From Octopus vulgaris (lineage: Eukaryota), in contig OX597822.1 of assembly GCA_951406725.2 (NCBI GenBank), forward strand, positions 110,856,001-110,920,000: 64,000 nt of DNA. The letters run 5' to 3'. A model generated the notes under the pieces. The model did no database searches, was not told where the DNA came from, and saw only the letters and a program-made list of their open reading frames with translations. How positions within the stretch are numbered: position 1 is the stretch's first letter; the number at the start of each line of letters is the position of its first letter. The translations under genes were made by a program, and so were the position numbers. Positions 27,010-41,078 of the stretch are shown in pieces.

Positions 27010-27182
27010 CATATATACGACAGGCTTCTTTCAGTTTCCGTCTACCAAATCCACTCACAAGGCATTGGTCGGCCCGGGGCTATAGCAGAAGACACTCGCC
27101 TAAGATGACACGCAGTGGGACTGAACCCGGAACCATGTGGTTCGTTAGCAAGCTACTTACCACACAGCCACTCCTGCGCCTA
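26761..27182 (-). mobile_element. SINE family A
   Basis: Full copy. Confidence 0.9.
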
Positions 27183-27582
27183 CACGTAAATAAACTCGAT
27201 CATACACATATGCAATAAAAAGGTAGCCATGTCCATTATAAGAGAGGAAACACAATCTGCGTGCAGCAACATCTAAGCAATAGTAACACATACACTCAAA
27301 CATGCAGACGTACAATCGCACTTGTACATTAAATCGTCCTGGAACTGTCTGCTCGGGTTCAAAAATAGCATCTCGTTCTCTTTGTGACATCCGTTAGTAC
27401 CCAGTAGATTTCTTTTAAATAAATGTCAAGGGAGAACACACACGCACACACACACACACACATATGTACATCATTCATATTTGTATATATAAGTGTGTAT
27501 AATATGCATATGTGTATGCATGTATGTATGCATATATATATCTATATATCTATATATAGATATATATATATATATCTGTCTA

Positions 27583-27662
<80 letters not shown>

Positions 27663-27717
27663 CATACTTATATATACGTGCATATATATGTGACTATAAA
27701 GTCATGAACACATACAG

Positions 27718-27804
<87 letters not shown>

Positions 27805-28269
27805 AATAAATGAGTATATAAATGTATATATATGTATATATATATATATTTATGTATGTATATATATATATATATATATACATACATACATGCATACATA
27901 CATACATACATTCATATGTGTGTATATATATATGTATATATATATATCTACAGACAAAGTCTGGAAGCAGAGACAGGAGAAAGACGTCTATATGGACGTA
28001 ATAGAGTTGTCGTCTTCGTTGTAAACTATTATTAACTACGTCTGTTTGTTTCGCATCGGTAGAATAAAATAAGTTTCTATCTTTATCAATGGGTTTCTCA
28101 TTTTTTAAGTAAGCACACACCTTCAAACTGATACTCACCACACATATAATACATACACTCACATACGCATACATGGATGGCAGAATGTGGTTATACCTGT
28201 AAATACAAGTTTTACATATGTATTCCGAGATGTAAGTATATATACAGACATACTTACAAATACTCGCAT

Positions 28270-28392
<123 letters not shown>

Positions 28393-28715
28393 CTAGCCTA
28401 ATTACCCGACGTTACTCGGAAGTTTAAAGAATGTTAAAGGAAATAAATATATTTATTCTGATAAAAAATATATTTGCAAAAACATTGTATCAGATGACGT
28501 GAGTATACTTTTTACTCTTTTACTTGTTTCAGTTATTTAACTGCAGCCATGCTGGAGCACCGCCTTTAGTCGAGCAAATCGACCCCGGGACTTATTCTTT
28601 GTTAGCCCAGTATTTATTCTATCGGTCTCTTTTGCCGAAACGCTAAGTTACGGGGACGTAAACACACCAGCATCAGTTGTCAAGCAATGCTAGGGGGACA
28701 AACACAAACACTCAA

Positions 28716-28760
<45 letters not shown>

Positions 28761-29560
28761 TACGACAGGCTTCTTTCAGTTTCCGTCTACCAAATCCACT
28801 CACAAGGCATTGGTCGGCCCGGGGCTATAGTAGAAGACACTAGCCCAAGATGCCACGCAGTGGGACTGAACCCGGAACCATGTGGTTGGTTAGCAAGCTA
28901 CTTACCACATAGCCACTCCTGTATAAGCATTTATTAAAACAAATCAGAGCTTAATTTTGTGGCACTTCTAAATATAGAATGTTCTCAGAGTGTCCTTTAA
29001 TTGGGGTACAAATAAAAAAAAACTGGGACTGCCAACTCGCGAATATTCTACATATAACTGCCCATGAAAGAAGCAAGGAGAAGCAAGGCTAAGACCAACA
29101 ACCTTGAGAGATTTTTCTTGAGATTTGTTTATCGCCATAACAAAACTTTGTTTCACTAGGAATTGCTGCCGTTTAAATTGAAAAGGGATGTCATATGGGA
29201 TTAACGGGATCCGTGGAATGAAGACATCCCCATCCTTATATTTCCCAGTGATAATCGCTGCTTGTAGGACATGGGATTGCGTGGCTTTTACCACCAGTCA
29301 GGTTCCATTACACAGGCAAGATGGATCCAACGTAATTGGGGCCCCATTTTGAAATGTAAAGTTGGGTGGAGGCATCTCAGATGGCTGTAGAGAGTTTAGT
29401 AACTCAGTTGGAAAACTAAAGCTTGGTCCTGGTCAATGACAGTGTCGATGGATTTGAAAGACTGTTCTTGTCCTGGCAATGACTGCAATAGATCCCAGTT
29501 GATTTTAAGATCCCAATGACAGTTGGTACTATCTCACCACAGGGCAGCTTGTGTTGCTGT
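28393..29560 (-). mobile_element. Helitron 3' portion (Pif1-like helicase C-terminal remnant and canonical 3' end)
   Basis: DVFIPRIPLIP..FKRQQFLVKQSFVMAINKSQEKSL..PCFFHGQLYVEYSRVG; minus-strand 3' end ccga-gtaacg-tcgg hairpin followed by ..CTAG|T at 28393. The element may extend through the GA/CA-rich region to ~30800. Confidence 0.85.
28505..28920 (-). mobile_element. SINE family A inserted in the Helitron
   Basis: Full copy between the helicase remnant and the Helitron 3' end. Confidence 0.9.
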
Positions 29561-30876
29561 TGCAATTCTCCATATAAATAATAGCAAAGTGTGTATCAAA
29601 TGAAATTAAAATCCTGGTTCAATGACAGATCGATAAAATTAGTACAGTTTTAACGTTTTTTGTGACAACATATTCTCTCTTGTAATTAAATATTGGAAAA
29701 GTGAGAAATGCTGCTCTCTATTTTGCAACAGAAATTAAGTTAGCTTGGCTCGTGTAGGTAGAGTGCATGACATCGCCTGTAACTCTTTCCAGTATCTAAA
29801 ATGTACATGTCTGTACTTTTAGACGTATATGGAGTTCGTATTCTTTCGTCACAAACAGCATAGTTATCAAACTCGTTCACTTGGGATCATATTATTGTTA
29901 GTGAATTTCCGTAATTTTTTTTTATATTTCTCTAATCTCTTTGGAAGGCGACATTTGCTTTGATGTAAGAGCAGAAAGTGAAAGAGCGGACAAAGTGAAA
30001 GATATACGTGTATATGATATGGAATTTTGTGTGCGTGAGAGAGAGAGAGAGAGTTAGAGAGAGGGAGATAGAGAGAGATAGAGTGAGTGACTGAAGGTAT
30101 GTTAGGAATATGTAACTGGCACTCACCCTCTCCCTCTCCCAAATACTATCTTTCATATAAACCTACATACATAAATACATATGCATACATATTTTTCTTG
30201 TGTGTGTGTGTGAGAGAGAGACATGGGTGGGTTGTTTGAGTGAAGATGTGTGTTGTCATGTATGCAATTTTTTGCATGTATGTGTAAGTGGCACTCACTG
30301 CCTCTCTCACAGACACACGCACAAATTAACTTTCATATACACGTTCATACATATACACATATGCATACATAGTTTTTGTATTTATGTATATACGTATTCA
30401 TCTTTTTTGTATGTATGTGAGAGAGAGAGAGAGAGAGGAAGAGAGAGAGAGAGAGAGGAAGAGAGAGAGAGACAGCGAGTGTTTCACATACGTAACAACA
30501 CGCCTTCACTCACTCTCTCTCTCTCTCACACACACATCCATCTTACACTTTCTCCTCTCTTTCAATTTCTGCTCCCGAGGTAACGAAAGAATATCATGGA
30601 AGGTGAGGATTAGGAGCAATAGGCGGTATGGAAGGGACATTTAACTGTTGTATTTAGCAGTTCATTACGATTTCTTTCACTCATTTTATGCCTCAATCGT
30701 AGATGGGTAGATTTGCTAGTATATATAACCACACAAGCATATATATTGATATCTATTTCATTGATGATCTATCTTATTTATTTCCGTCAGACGCTCTCTC
30801 TGTCTTTTTCTCTCAGTATACACACAAACATATATATATATATATATATATATACATACATACATACATACATACA

Positions 30877-30931
<55 letters not shown>

Positions 30932-30934
30932 TTA

Positions 30935-31092
30935 TATCAAGGGAAAGTTTACCAAAATAAACAAAAGACGAAGGCAGGTGGAGTACAACCAAATAAATGT
31001 ATTAGTATAGCGGTCAGGAATAGAAATAGAAAAGTCTTTTAATGTTTCGAGCCAACGCTCTTCGACAGAAATATACACAGAAAAAACACATA
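30935..31092 (-). mobile_element. Penelope-terminus-like module with hammerhead-like motif (31036-31072)
   Basis: Minus strand UUU-CUGUCGA-A-GAGC(GUUG)GCUC-GAAACAUU-AAAAG; flanked by (TA)n. Confidence 0.55.
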
Positions 31093-31104
31093 TACATATG
31101 TATG

Positions 31105-31172
<68 letters not shown>

Positions 31173-31373
31173 TAAAAAATGGATTTAACGCAGGTGTGAT
31201 CAAATATTTTTACTTTCGACACATGTTTCGAAAATTCCACTGATACTATTTAAAAGAATAAATGGTATAAACAATGCAATCTTTACTTGTGAGATTTTTG
31301 CTGCCCTGGTAACTATTTATTTATTTTTTCCGTGTTAATTGTTAACAAGGTAAAATACACTCATCTATTCATA

Positions 31374-31428
<55 letters not shown>

Positions 31429-31445
31429 GTATATGTATATGTATG

Positions 31446-31477
<32 letters not shown>

Positions 31478-32545
31478 TGTATGTATATAGACAAATAGAC
31501 AAATGGGATTCATGGTCTGCTAAAATAAAACTTTGCTAGAAAATGTTACTATAACATATTCTGTTTGCCATATTTTGGTGTCCCAATAGTGGTAACTGAT
31601 CGAAAAGCAGATATTAATATTATAATTAACGTTTGAGGTTGATAACATTATTTTCGAAATCCAGTTTCATGAGAAAAACATCATTATAATATTAACTGGT
31701 GTATGTACCTCCAGGGTGTAGATATTTTAGAAGTTTTCCTTTTTTTGTTTTTTAATTTCAACTTCATAACCACATTTTAGCTATTCACACGGGAACATAT
31801 GCTACGCTAAACACACATTATTCATTTCAGAAATGCAAAAATTTGTTATACGTTTTTTTTCTTCACTTGATGTAATTTTGCAACAAATATATTGCATTCT
31901 ATTAAATTATTATCACAAAAATGCATAGATATAATTTTACTTTCTATAGCAGAACGTATCATTCATTAAAAATGAACTTCAAACATTTTCTGATTTGCTC
32001 ACGCAGCACTTCCCTTTTTTTTTTTTCGTGTCTTTCATTATATTTGTTTTTTTAAAACGCAAAATGAAACCCACTAACACGTCCACACATATATACACAC
32101 ATGTATGCATACATAAACACATACACATATACACATGCACACGTGATGCTGCATATGCACATAACTTTGCAGATATCGCTATGTTGATATGCTTAGAGAT
32201 TGATAGATTGATCGAACAATACAGTCGTGCATCTAAGCCGAATGCAGATGTGGGAAATTGACAAGAAAATATGATAGAAAGCGTTAAACCTGTTTAATGT
32301 AGGCCGCATACTAGAAAATTAACTATTTATGTCCTACACTTGCAGTTATTCAAATTTTGGAAACAACGACATGCATTGAACTGGCTGTTTGGTTAAGTAG
32401 TTCGCTCTGCAATCGCACGGATCGCATTCATACTTCTATGGCATATTTGTGAAGTATTTTAAACAATATCTTCGGAAAGACCAATTGTATATGCATATAG
32501 AGAAGTTCTTGGCGTAATAAACAAGAGACATTGGCTGAATATATA

Positions 32546-32595
<50 letters not shown>

Positions 32596-32779
32596 ATACG
32601 ATGAATAGCTTCGCGTAAGCCATGGTCCGTTTTGTTCTCTTACTTTATTACCATCTTATAATCATTTCTTAATAATGACTTTTATGACTCGTATTACTAC
32701 CTCAGTCAATCTAAATGTATATATTTGTCGTTACCTGTCATAAATAGCCTTTTTTTATTTTCAATGTATATCTACTATG

Positions 32780-32813
<34 letters not shown>

Positions 32814-32820
<7 letters not shown>

Positions 32821-33135
32821 GAAAGAAGGTTTGAAAATGCAATTTAAAAGATGTTTATTTACTTTACCGGTTTCACTCTTTGGAAAAAGATTATCAAAAG
32901 TAACATGTGGAAGTTTGGTTGCGTTAATTATTGGTTGTTGCAAATTGCTACATTACATATATATATACAGTCTTTGGACTGTATATATATATGTAATGTA
33001 GCAATTTGCAACAACCAAGAATTAACGCAACCAAACTTCCACATGTTACTTTTGATAATCTTTTTCCAAAGAGTGAAACCGGTAAAGTAAATAAACATCT
33101 TTTAAATTGCATTTTCAAACCTTCTTTCGTATATA
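32814..33135. repeat. Near-perfect palindrome (~159-bp arms, 4-nt loop) with a hammerhead motif in each arm
   Basis: Centre cagtc-tttg-gactg at 32968-32981; one arm mismatch seen; + strand 33046-33090 UUACUU-UUGAUAA-UCUUU(UUCC)AAAGA-GU-GAAA-CCGG-UA-AAGUAA, mirrored at 32859-32903. Confidence 0.9.
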
Positions 33136-34131
33136 ATTCCACTCGTGCGATACCCCACAACTCAACTTTGTTATATATATCTATATATATATATATATAG
33201 TTATCGCCAAGCTAACATGGCAGTCCAGGAATATAGGACGAATGCTGCCGTTGATTAGCTCGGGTCAAACACTGGAGTTTGGCCATGTATATCATATGTG
33301 TGTATGTGTTTGTTTTTTAGTGTGTGTGTGTGTGCGGGTGTGTTTCTCTGTGTGTGGGTGTGTCTGCTTGTATTTGCTTTGGTTCTCTTTTTTTCTCTCA
33401 GCGCTTGAAAACCTGTATTATCTCGTTTACGTCACCTTAACTAGCAGTTCGGCAAAAGAGAATTGTAAAATATGTACCAGCTGTAAAATATTAGTACCAG
33501 GGCCGACGTATTCGACTAGACCGGGCGTGTCAAATTCAATCTCACAGGGAGCCAAAATTCAAAGCAAACTTAAGGTTGCGGGCCGAAGAGGATAAACATT
33601 TATTGAACGGAGTAAAACGTTTTGAACTTGAAGGCGGTGCTCCAGCATGGCCGCAATCAAATGACTGAAACTAGTAAAAGAAAAAAAAATGAACATGTAT
33701 TGAAACAGATGGTATATAATTTTATTCCAAAAATAAATTAACTTTCACTTAAATTACTTAAGATATTTTGCTCTGCATAAAAGTATCTCCCGTCAAAATT
33801 ATAATTTTTTTAAATAAGAGCTTGTTAAGAGTAAGAAAATGTAAATAAAAATGTGATTTTTAGTGAGAATTAAAATAATAAATCAAAACTTTCAATTTTA
33901 TTTATGCAATTTTGTCCGAGCTGCTCACTTGGCACCTTTTCTTGGCGACGAGTTCATTGATGTTTGGGAGCAAGGTTCTGTGGTGTTGCGAATCTCAGGA
34001 TGTATTGCAGGTGTCCATCTGTGAGACGACTCTTATGTGACATTTTATTCATCTTCATCACAGAGAGCAGCTGCTCGCACAGATACGTGCTTCCAAACAA
34101 GGACAGGATTCAAATTGCATGTAAAGGGAGC

Positions 34132-34716
34132 AGGGGCGTTGCTTCAGGTATGAAGCGAATGAACTGTGCGGACCTCAGGTGCATTGCTTCAGGTATGAAG
34201 CGAGTGAACTTTGCGGGCCCCAGGGGCATTGCTTCAGGCATGAAGCGAGTGAACTGTGCGGATCCCAGGGGCATTGCTTCAGGTATGAAGCGAGTGAACT
34301 GTGCGGATCCCAGGGGCATTGCTTCAGGTATGAAGCGAGTGAACTGTGCGGACCTCAGGTGCATTGCTTCAGGTATGAAGCGGGTGAACTGTGCGGACCT
34401 CAGGTGCATTGCTTCAGGTATGAAGCGAGTGAACTTTGCGGGCCCCAGGGGCATTGCTTCAGGCATGAAGCGAGTGAACTGTGCGGATCCCAGGGGCATT
34501 GCTTCAGGTATGAAGCGAGTGAACTGTGCGGATCCCAGGGGCATTGCTTCAGGTATGAAGCGAGTGAACTGTGCAGACCTCAGGTGCATTGCTTCAGGTA
34601 TGAAGCGAGTGAACTTTCCGGGCTCCAGGGGCATTGCTTCAGGTATGAAGCGAGTGAACTGTGCGGGCCCCAGGGGCATTGCTTCAAGTATGAAGCGAGT
34701 GAACTTTGCAGGCCCC
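34132..34716. repeat. 45-bp tandem repeat x13, in frame within the hAT transposase
   Basis: gcattgcttcaggtatgaagcgagtgaactgtgcggatcccaggg units, encoding PEAMPLGSAQFTRFI on -. Confidence 0.95.
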
Positions 34717-35227
34717 ACAGAGTCGTATTTTGCTTTTAATGTCCCATTACTCTGCAGTTCCATCAGCTCCATTTGAATCTGTACTGGTGCAGTTTCCACA
34801 TTGACGGCAAATGAGTTGCGAAGCAGCTTGAAATTATTTTACTGTGCTTCAAAGTCACTAAAGCGTCGTGCGAATTCAATGAGGAGCACACTCAATTTAT
34901 CAGCTAAGTGTTGCCTTGGGAACACCGTGGCGCTGACTTGACTCAAAATTACTTAGCAATAGTGGGACAAGTTCAATTGGTGCAATTGTGTCTCCCATAA
35001 GCGCAGCTTCACGTGAAATGAATTCACGGCGTCATACATATCACAGATCATGCGACCCCGTCCCTGGAGCTGGATGTTTAAAACAATGAAATGCACAGTT
35101 ATGTCAACCAGAAACGCCAAATCGCATTTCAACTTTTCATCCCACAAAACTTTGGATTCTTTTCCTTTACTGTCCATGAACTGACATATTTCCTCAACCA
35201 GCTCGAAAACTATATTGAGGATATTGA

Positions 35228-35459
35228 GGCGGCGAGCTGGCAGACACGTTAGCGCACCGGTCGAAATGCTTAGCGGTATTTCGTCTGTCGTTACGTTCTG
35301 AGTTCAAATTCCGCCGATGTCGACTTTGCCTTTCATCCTTTCGGGGTCGATAAATTAAGTACCAGTTTCGCACTGGGGTCGATGTAATCGACTTAATCCT
35401 TTTGTCTGTCCTTGTTTGTCCCCTCTGTGTTTAGCCCCTTGTGGGCAATAAAGAAAAAT
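35228..35459 (+). mobile_element. SINE family B inserted in the hAT transposase
   Basis: Full copy; atattgagg duplicated at the flanks. Confidence 0.9.
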
Positions 35460-35929
35460 ATATTGAGGACCTTTACCCGACTGAGCCACCGCACCTCCAT
35501 ATGACAAGGCACGTCACCGAACTCTGAATGTATTTCACGCAGGAAAGACTGAAATTGGCGGGGATTTAACCCGTTGGTACGGATAAAGGTTACGGTTTGC
35601 GTTACACTGCTCATTGCATGTTCCATTTTGAAGGCTTTAGCGCAAAGCGTTTCCTGGTGTATGATGCAGTGATATGGTGTCAACTCACCAGCGCGGTTCT
35701 CTTCTTGCATCTTTAAACATATCTTACCTACTAGTTCACTTTTTTTCACGGCACATCGTCAGTCCTTCATCTGTTCTAAGTCCAACAAGTTTGTATGTGT
35801 GTGTATGTATATATATATACGAGTACATCACCGTGATCACCGTGACCGACCAGGCTACCAGATGTTGCTACACATCGCTGGTCACAATGCACTTCGCATT
35901 GTTTTAGCCACCCCCCCCCCGCTGACTAA

Positions 35930-36103
35930 CAGAAGAAAGAGTGAGAGAAAGTTGCAGCGAAAGAGTATAGCAGGGATGCCCCCCACTGCCGGAGACTCGT
36001 GGAGCTTTAGGTGTTTTCGCTCACAACTCACGGTCTGAGAATCGAAACTGCGATCCTACAACCGCGAGTCCGCTGCCCTAACCACTGGGCCATTGTGCCT
36101 CCA
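35930..36103 (-). mobile_element. SINE family C-related head fragment
   Basis: Matches the tRNA head and first body segment of family C, diverged. Confidence 0.7.
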
Positions 36104-36107
36104 CACG

Positions 36108-36183
<76 letters not shown>

Positions 36184-36416
36184 TGCGTGTGTGTGTGTGT
36201 ATATAGTAATTCAAGTGAGACAGTCGTGTGTGTGCGCATGTATTTGCCTGTATACACACATTATGTATAAGTCTTTGATAGTATATATAACACGTAAGTC
36301 CGTGACTATTGACCATTTAACAATTCTACAGTAATTCTCACTGAATTTATCTTCATAGAACAGTGAATATGTGAAGTTTAACCAATACGTCAATGTTGAC
36401 TATATGTATTAAAACA

Positions 36417-36648
36417 AGGCGGCGAGCTGGCAGAAACGGTAGCACGCCGGGCGAAATGCGTAGCTGTATTTCGTCTGCCGTTACGTTCTGAGTTCAAATT
36501 CCGCCGAGGTTGACTTTGCCTTTCATCCTTTCGGGGTCGACAAATTAAGTACCAGTTACGCACTGGGGTCGATGGAATCGACTTAATCGCTTTGTCTGTC
36601 CTTGTTTGTCCCCTCTGTGTTTAGCCCCTTGTGGGTAGTAAAGAAATA
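36417..36648 (+). mobile_element. SINE family B
   Basis: Full copy; 16-bp TSD tatatgtattaaaaca. Confidence 0.92.
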
Positions 36649-37389
36649 TATATGTATTAAAACATATTTCTCTCCACAGTAGCCTTGGAACATCATTTTG
36701 CATTTGATTATCGCTACTTTCGAAGGTATTTGTCTTTAAGTTATACGAGATAAAGAAGCGGTATGAATCGCAAGATGTTCGTCTCGAAACCCATTGTTAT
36801 TGTTTTGAAAGTTAAGGTGTTCGTCAATAATTAGATCTGATTACGTTTGGAACTAAATTCCATTTTATTCTTTTTTCACTGAGTTACCAGTTCCTCATAT
36901 ATGTGATTTGACTGACTAGATATTACGTTTTGTTTGCCATTATTAAATATCAATTAATGGCATATAAATTATATTTTGCTTTCCATTATTCAAGATTAAT
37001 TAATGACATAATCAATTATTAGAAACAGTTCAAGCGATGGAAGAATTTATTCTCATTTGAACTATTTCAATGAGCCATTTCAATGACTGAACGTTATTCT
37101 CTGTCTTGTATTCAATTGTTTTACTAATAAATTATTACACATTTTCTGGAGAGAAAATCAATTAATTCGATGCAGTGTATGAATCAAACATCTGCGAAAC
37201 GAAATGTAAAATTTTACTTGATGAAACACATTTTAATCATTATTGTTTTAAGACAATGTCGTGGCTCATAGGTTTTGCAATGAGCCGGTCACTGGCTTAC
37301 TGAAACTGCCATTTCTGGACATGTGAGATAAGATGTATCTATCTATCTATCTATCTATATATATATATATAAATATATATATATATATG

Positions 37390-37421
<32 letters not shown>

Positions 37422-37670
37422 TATAAAATATTATATATATATATATAGTGTAATAAATAAAATATATGCATACATACAAACATATATGTACGTACCTACA
37501 TCTACATGTATATATACATGCATATATAAATATATATACGTACATATGTGTTTGTATGTATGCATATATTTTATTTATTACACTATTGTATGACTGAGCA
37601 CCCTCGCGGCGATTCGATTCGATTCGTTTGGTTTCGTTTGGTTTCGTTTCTTCTTCTTCTCTAAGCTGCT

Positions 37671-37756
<86 letters not shown>

Positions 37757-37786
37757 CATACATACATACATACATACATACATACA

Positions 37787-37819
<33 letters not shown>

Positions 37820-37824
37820 GTATA

Positions 37825-38522
37825 AGTAAAATAATACAAACTGGGACAAGAACGCACAACATTTAGGAGACGATACAAAAAACACGGACGGGACATTCGA
37901 AGCCTTCACTCTTCAGTCAAAAACCGGATCAACCTCGCAATTTCGACTGATTAATCTTTAGATTGCTCCGACCTGGCCAGCCCCAAAAGAAAATCTAAGC
38001 CAAGCGCATTAGATTCCTTGGAAGAAAGCCTCGAATGTATACAAAACAAGGACGGAAAAACGGACGATGTTACACGAATAAGAATACAAAAATACGTAAA
38101 AATAATAATGATAATAATAATAATAACAAAAACAGGACGTCACAGACAGGCGTCTTTTCGACAGGACGAGTAAACTTTGAGCTGGCGTGTTAGAAAAGTG
38201 CCTTGGGGCAGAGAGAGAAAAAAAAATGTGTCTTGCCGCGACGACTGCTAACCACGAAAAGGCCGGAAATCGGTCAGTTCGTCACGTGTGAGGAGAAGAG
38301 AGAGGAAAAGAGGGACAGAGGAAGAGAGAAAAAATGGGGAACAAGGAACAAAGAAGGAGGAGGAGAAGAGAGAGAGAGAGAGAAAGAGACAGATCAAAGT
38401 GGAGTGCAAAGTATCAAAGTCAGAGAAAAGTAGGAGAGAGGGGAGAGAGACAGTGTTATAGAGTCATACCAAGTTTAAAGAAATATGTACTTACATATAA
38501 GACCAAAGGGGTACGGGCGCCG

Positions 38523-38564
<42 letters not shown>

Positions 38565-38788
38565 GTAAAATAATACAAACTGGGACAAGAATGCAAAACA
38601 TTTCGGAGACGATACAAAAAACAGGGACGGAACATTCGAAGCCTTCAATCTTCAGTCAAGAACCGGATCATCCTCGCAATTTCGGCTGATTAATCTTGAG
38701 ATTGCTCCGACCTGGCCAGCCCCAAAGGAAAATCTAAGCCAAGCGCATTAGATTCCTTGGAAGAAAACCTCGAATGTATACAAAACAT
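37825..38788. repeat. Two ~225-bp direct repeats (37825-38048, 38564-38788) bounded by microsatellites; pLTR-like, unclassified
   Basis: gtaaaataatacaaactgggacaagaa...gaatgtatacaaaac occurs twice with scattered substitutions. Confidence 0.8.
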
Positions 38789-40655
38789 ACATACATACAT
38801 ACATACATACATACATACATACATACATACATACATACATACATACATACGTTGAGCTTCCGAACTGTTCCCGTCAGCCAAACGTCACTCACTAGTTATT
38901 GGTTTGTCTGAGACTACCGAAAATCTTTCCAAAGGTGTTACGGGACTGGAATGAACTACGCGTTTGTGAACCAAATTTCTTAATCCCAAAGTCTTTTTAG
39001 GAAATGTAAGCGCTCATTGGTGAGAAGTACTAAGCTGCCTCTCTTTGCGCAGTTTGACTTCACAGCAACCACGAGTCAGCTGTTTTTGGTTTTTCTTTTA
39101 GCTAACCTCGACAGAATAATTTCTGAAAACACTTATAAGTACCTTTTAGCACAAGGCAGTATCCAGTGGTGCACACTAAATTTGCTTAGAAGAAAGTATG
39201 TACGAAAAACTCCGAAACATTATTGATTGAATTTGTAAAACACGAATATATGAATGGGCATTTTTCTTAATATATCTACCACAAAATATTATGCACAACT
39301 AACATTTTCACCTATTATTCACAGTCGTATGTTCAATAGTGTATATTTGTGCACCTGAAGACTTGGAAATTTTATCTTGCAAAATGTCCCTTATTGTAAG
39401 ATTATATATGTCCTTTTTAACACTACTTTCAAATTATACCTGTTTACACGCTTAATGAATAACAATTTTTACTTCTATATTGGAAATATATGAAAAGTGC
39501 ATGTAATTCAGATTGTTTTCATCCGTCTGCAACTAGCTTTTAATTTCCTGCATATGCATTTCACTATTCTTGCTCTAGAAAATGTCCAGTGTTAAGTTCA
39601 ATCACGAACTGTAAGGCTGCTCAGTATTTGTAAAAATATCAACCGGAATATATCTCGATGTATTTCATTACGAATTGTATTCAGTTTTGAACTCCCTTCT
39701 GCAATGTTTACTGTGAAACGTTCATTGATACTTCTGAAAGTTTCCCGAAATGAACACTCACTAGTTGTGATTTGTTCAATGCCTGTTAACTGGTTGTTTT
39801 ACATCTCATAGACGTTGTGAATTATTGACACCAATTTCTGCTTATTGGTCGTGAATCGTTCAACATAGTGTTTATTTACTGCTTCTGCATATTTACTGCA
39901 ATATTTCATTCATCTATGTTTATTATCTGCTATCTATAATCTATATTCACATATAGACTTTCGCACCAATATCTGCATACATATATAACACGCACATTAC
40001 AAATTCTGCACGCTAGTTAAGAACTCCATTCAACGCAATTTCAATTCACCAGTCGTCAACTGTTTACCGCAATGATCATTCGACCTTTTGAACAGTTCAT
40101 TTATTACGTGTGACCTGCATACGACAATGCAAGTTCACCATATATATAAACTGGTATTATCTCTTCCTCACTTACAGACAATTCACAAGATGTATTTTTG
40201 CAAGTTGTGATCTTTTCACTATGATGTTCACTGACCATGCTGGAACTGTTCACTAAAATATTTACTTGTTATTTGTAATCTGCTGAAAGCAATATCTCTT
40301 ACCTGATTTTGAAATGTTCACTGCAATGTTTATAGATTAATTGCGAAAGGTAAACTTCTACGATTTTGCGCATCCATGAATAAAAAAAAATCCCAAATGC
40401 AGACCAATGTTATTTGCGATTTGACTATTCTGTTTTTCCTTTTATCTATTCGTAAAAGAGTGAGGGATATTTCTTTTAAAAATCATATTGGTTGTATCAT
40501 TGTGAAGGAGCTTATTTCCTTATGATATGAGTAGATCAGAGTGAGTATCAAACTACTGTGGCTGCTGCATCTATTATACCATGTAGCATTCTATTTATTA
40601 TACCATGTAGCATTCTATTTATTATACATTTATTATGTAGCATTCTGTGAATGAT

Positions 40656-40874
40656 ACTCTTTTACTCTTTACTCTTTTACTTGTTTCAGTCATTTGACTG
40701 CGGCCATGCTGGAGCACCGCCTTTAAGTCGAGCAAATCGACCCCGGGACTTATTCTTTGTAAGCCCAGTACTTATTCTGTCGGTCTCTTTTGCCGAACCG
40801 CTAAGTTACGGGGACGTAAACACACCAGCATCGGTTGTCAAGCAATGCTAGGGGGGACAAACACAGACACACAA

Positions 40875-40905
<31 letters not shown>

Positions 40906-41078
40906 CATATATACGACAGGCTTCTTTCAGTTTCCGTCTACCAAATCCACTCACAAGGCATTGGTCGGCCCGGGGCTATAGCAGAAGACACTTGCCTAAG
41001 ATGCCACGCAGTGGGACTGAACCCGGAACCATGTGGTTGGTTAGCAAGCTACTTACCACACAGCCACTCCTGCGCCTA
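40656..41078 (-). mobile_element. SINE family A
   Basis: Full copy. Confidence 0.9.

Larger units (their letters stand above)
33521..35790 (-). mobile_element. hAT (Charlie/SPIN, GTF2IRD2-like) transposon remnant
   Basis: YHCIIHQETLCAK, EVRWLSR, DLAFLVDIT..LNIQLQG, QMELMELQ, FGSTYLCEQ motifs; end ccgggcgtgtcaaattc..gcgggccg resembles the hAT CAGGGGTGTCAAAC terminus; stops and a SINE insertion. Confidence 0.9.

Noticed and set aside
31205-31260. GAAACAUGUGUC on the minus strand as another hammerhead
   Set aside because: 3' half looks right, but no first core box or stem II could be found.
33964-34776. 270-aa and 186-aa plus-strand repeat ORFs
   Set aside because: Antisense readings of the 45-bp array; only the minus frame joins recognisable transposase motifs.
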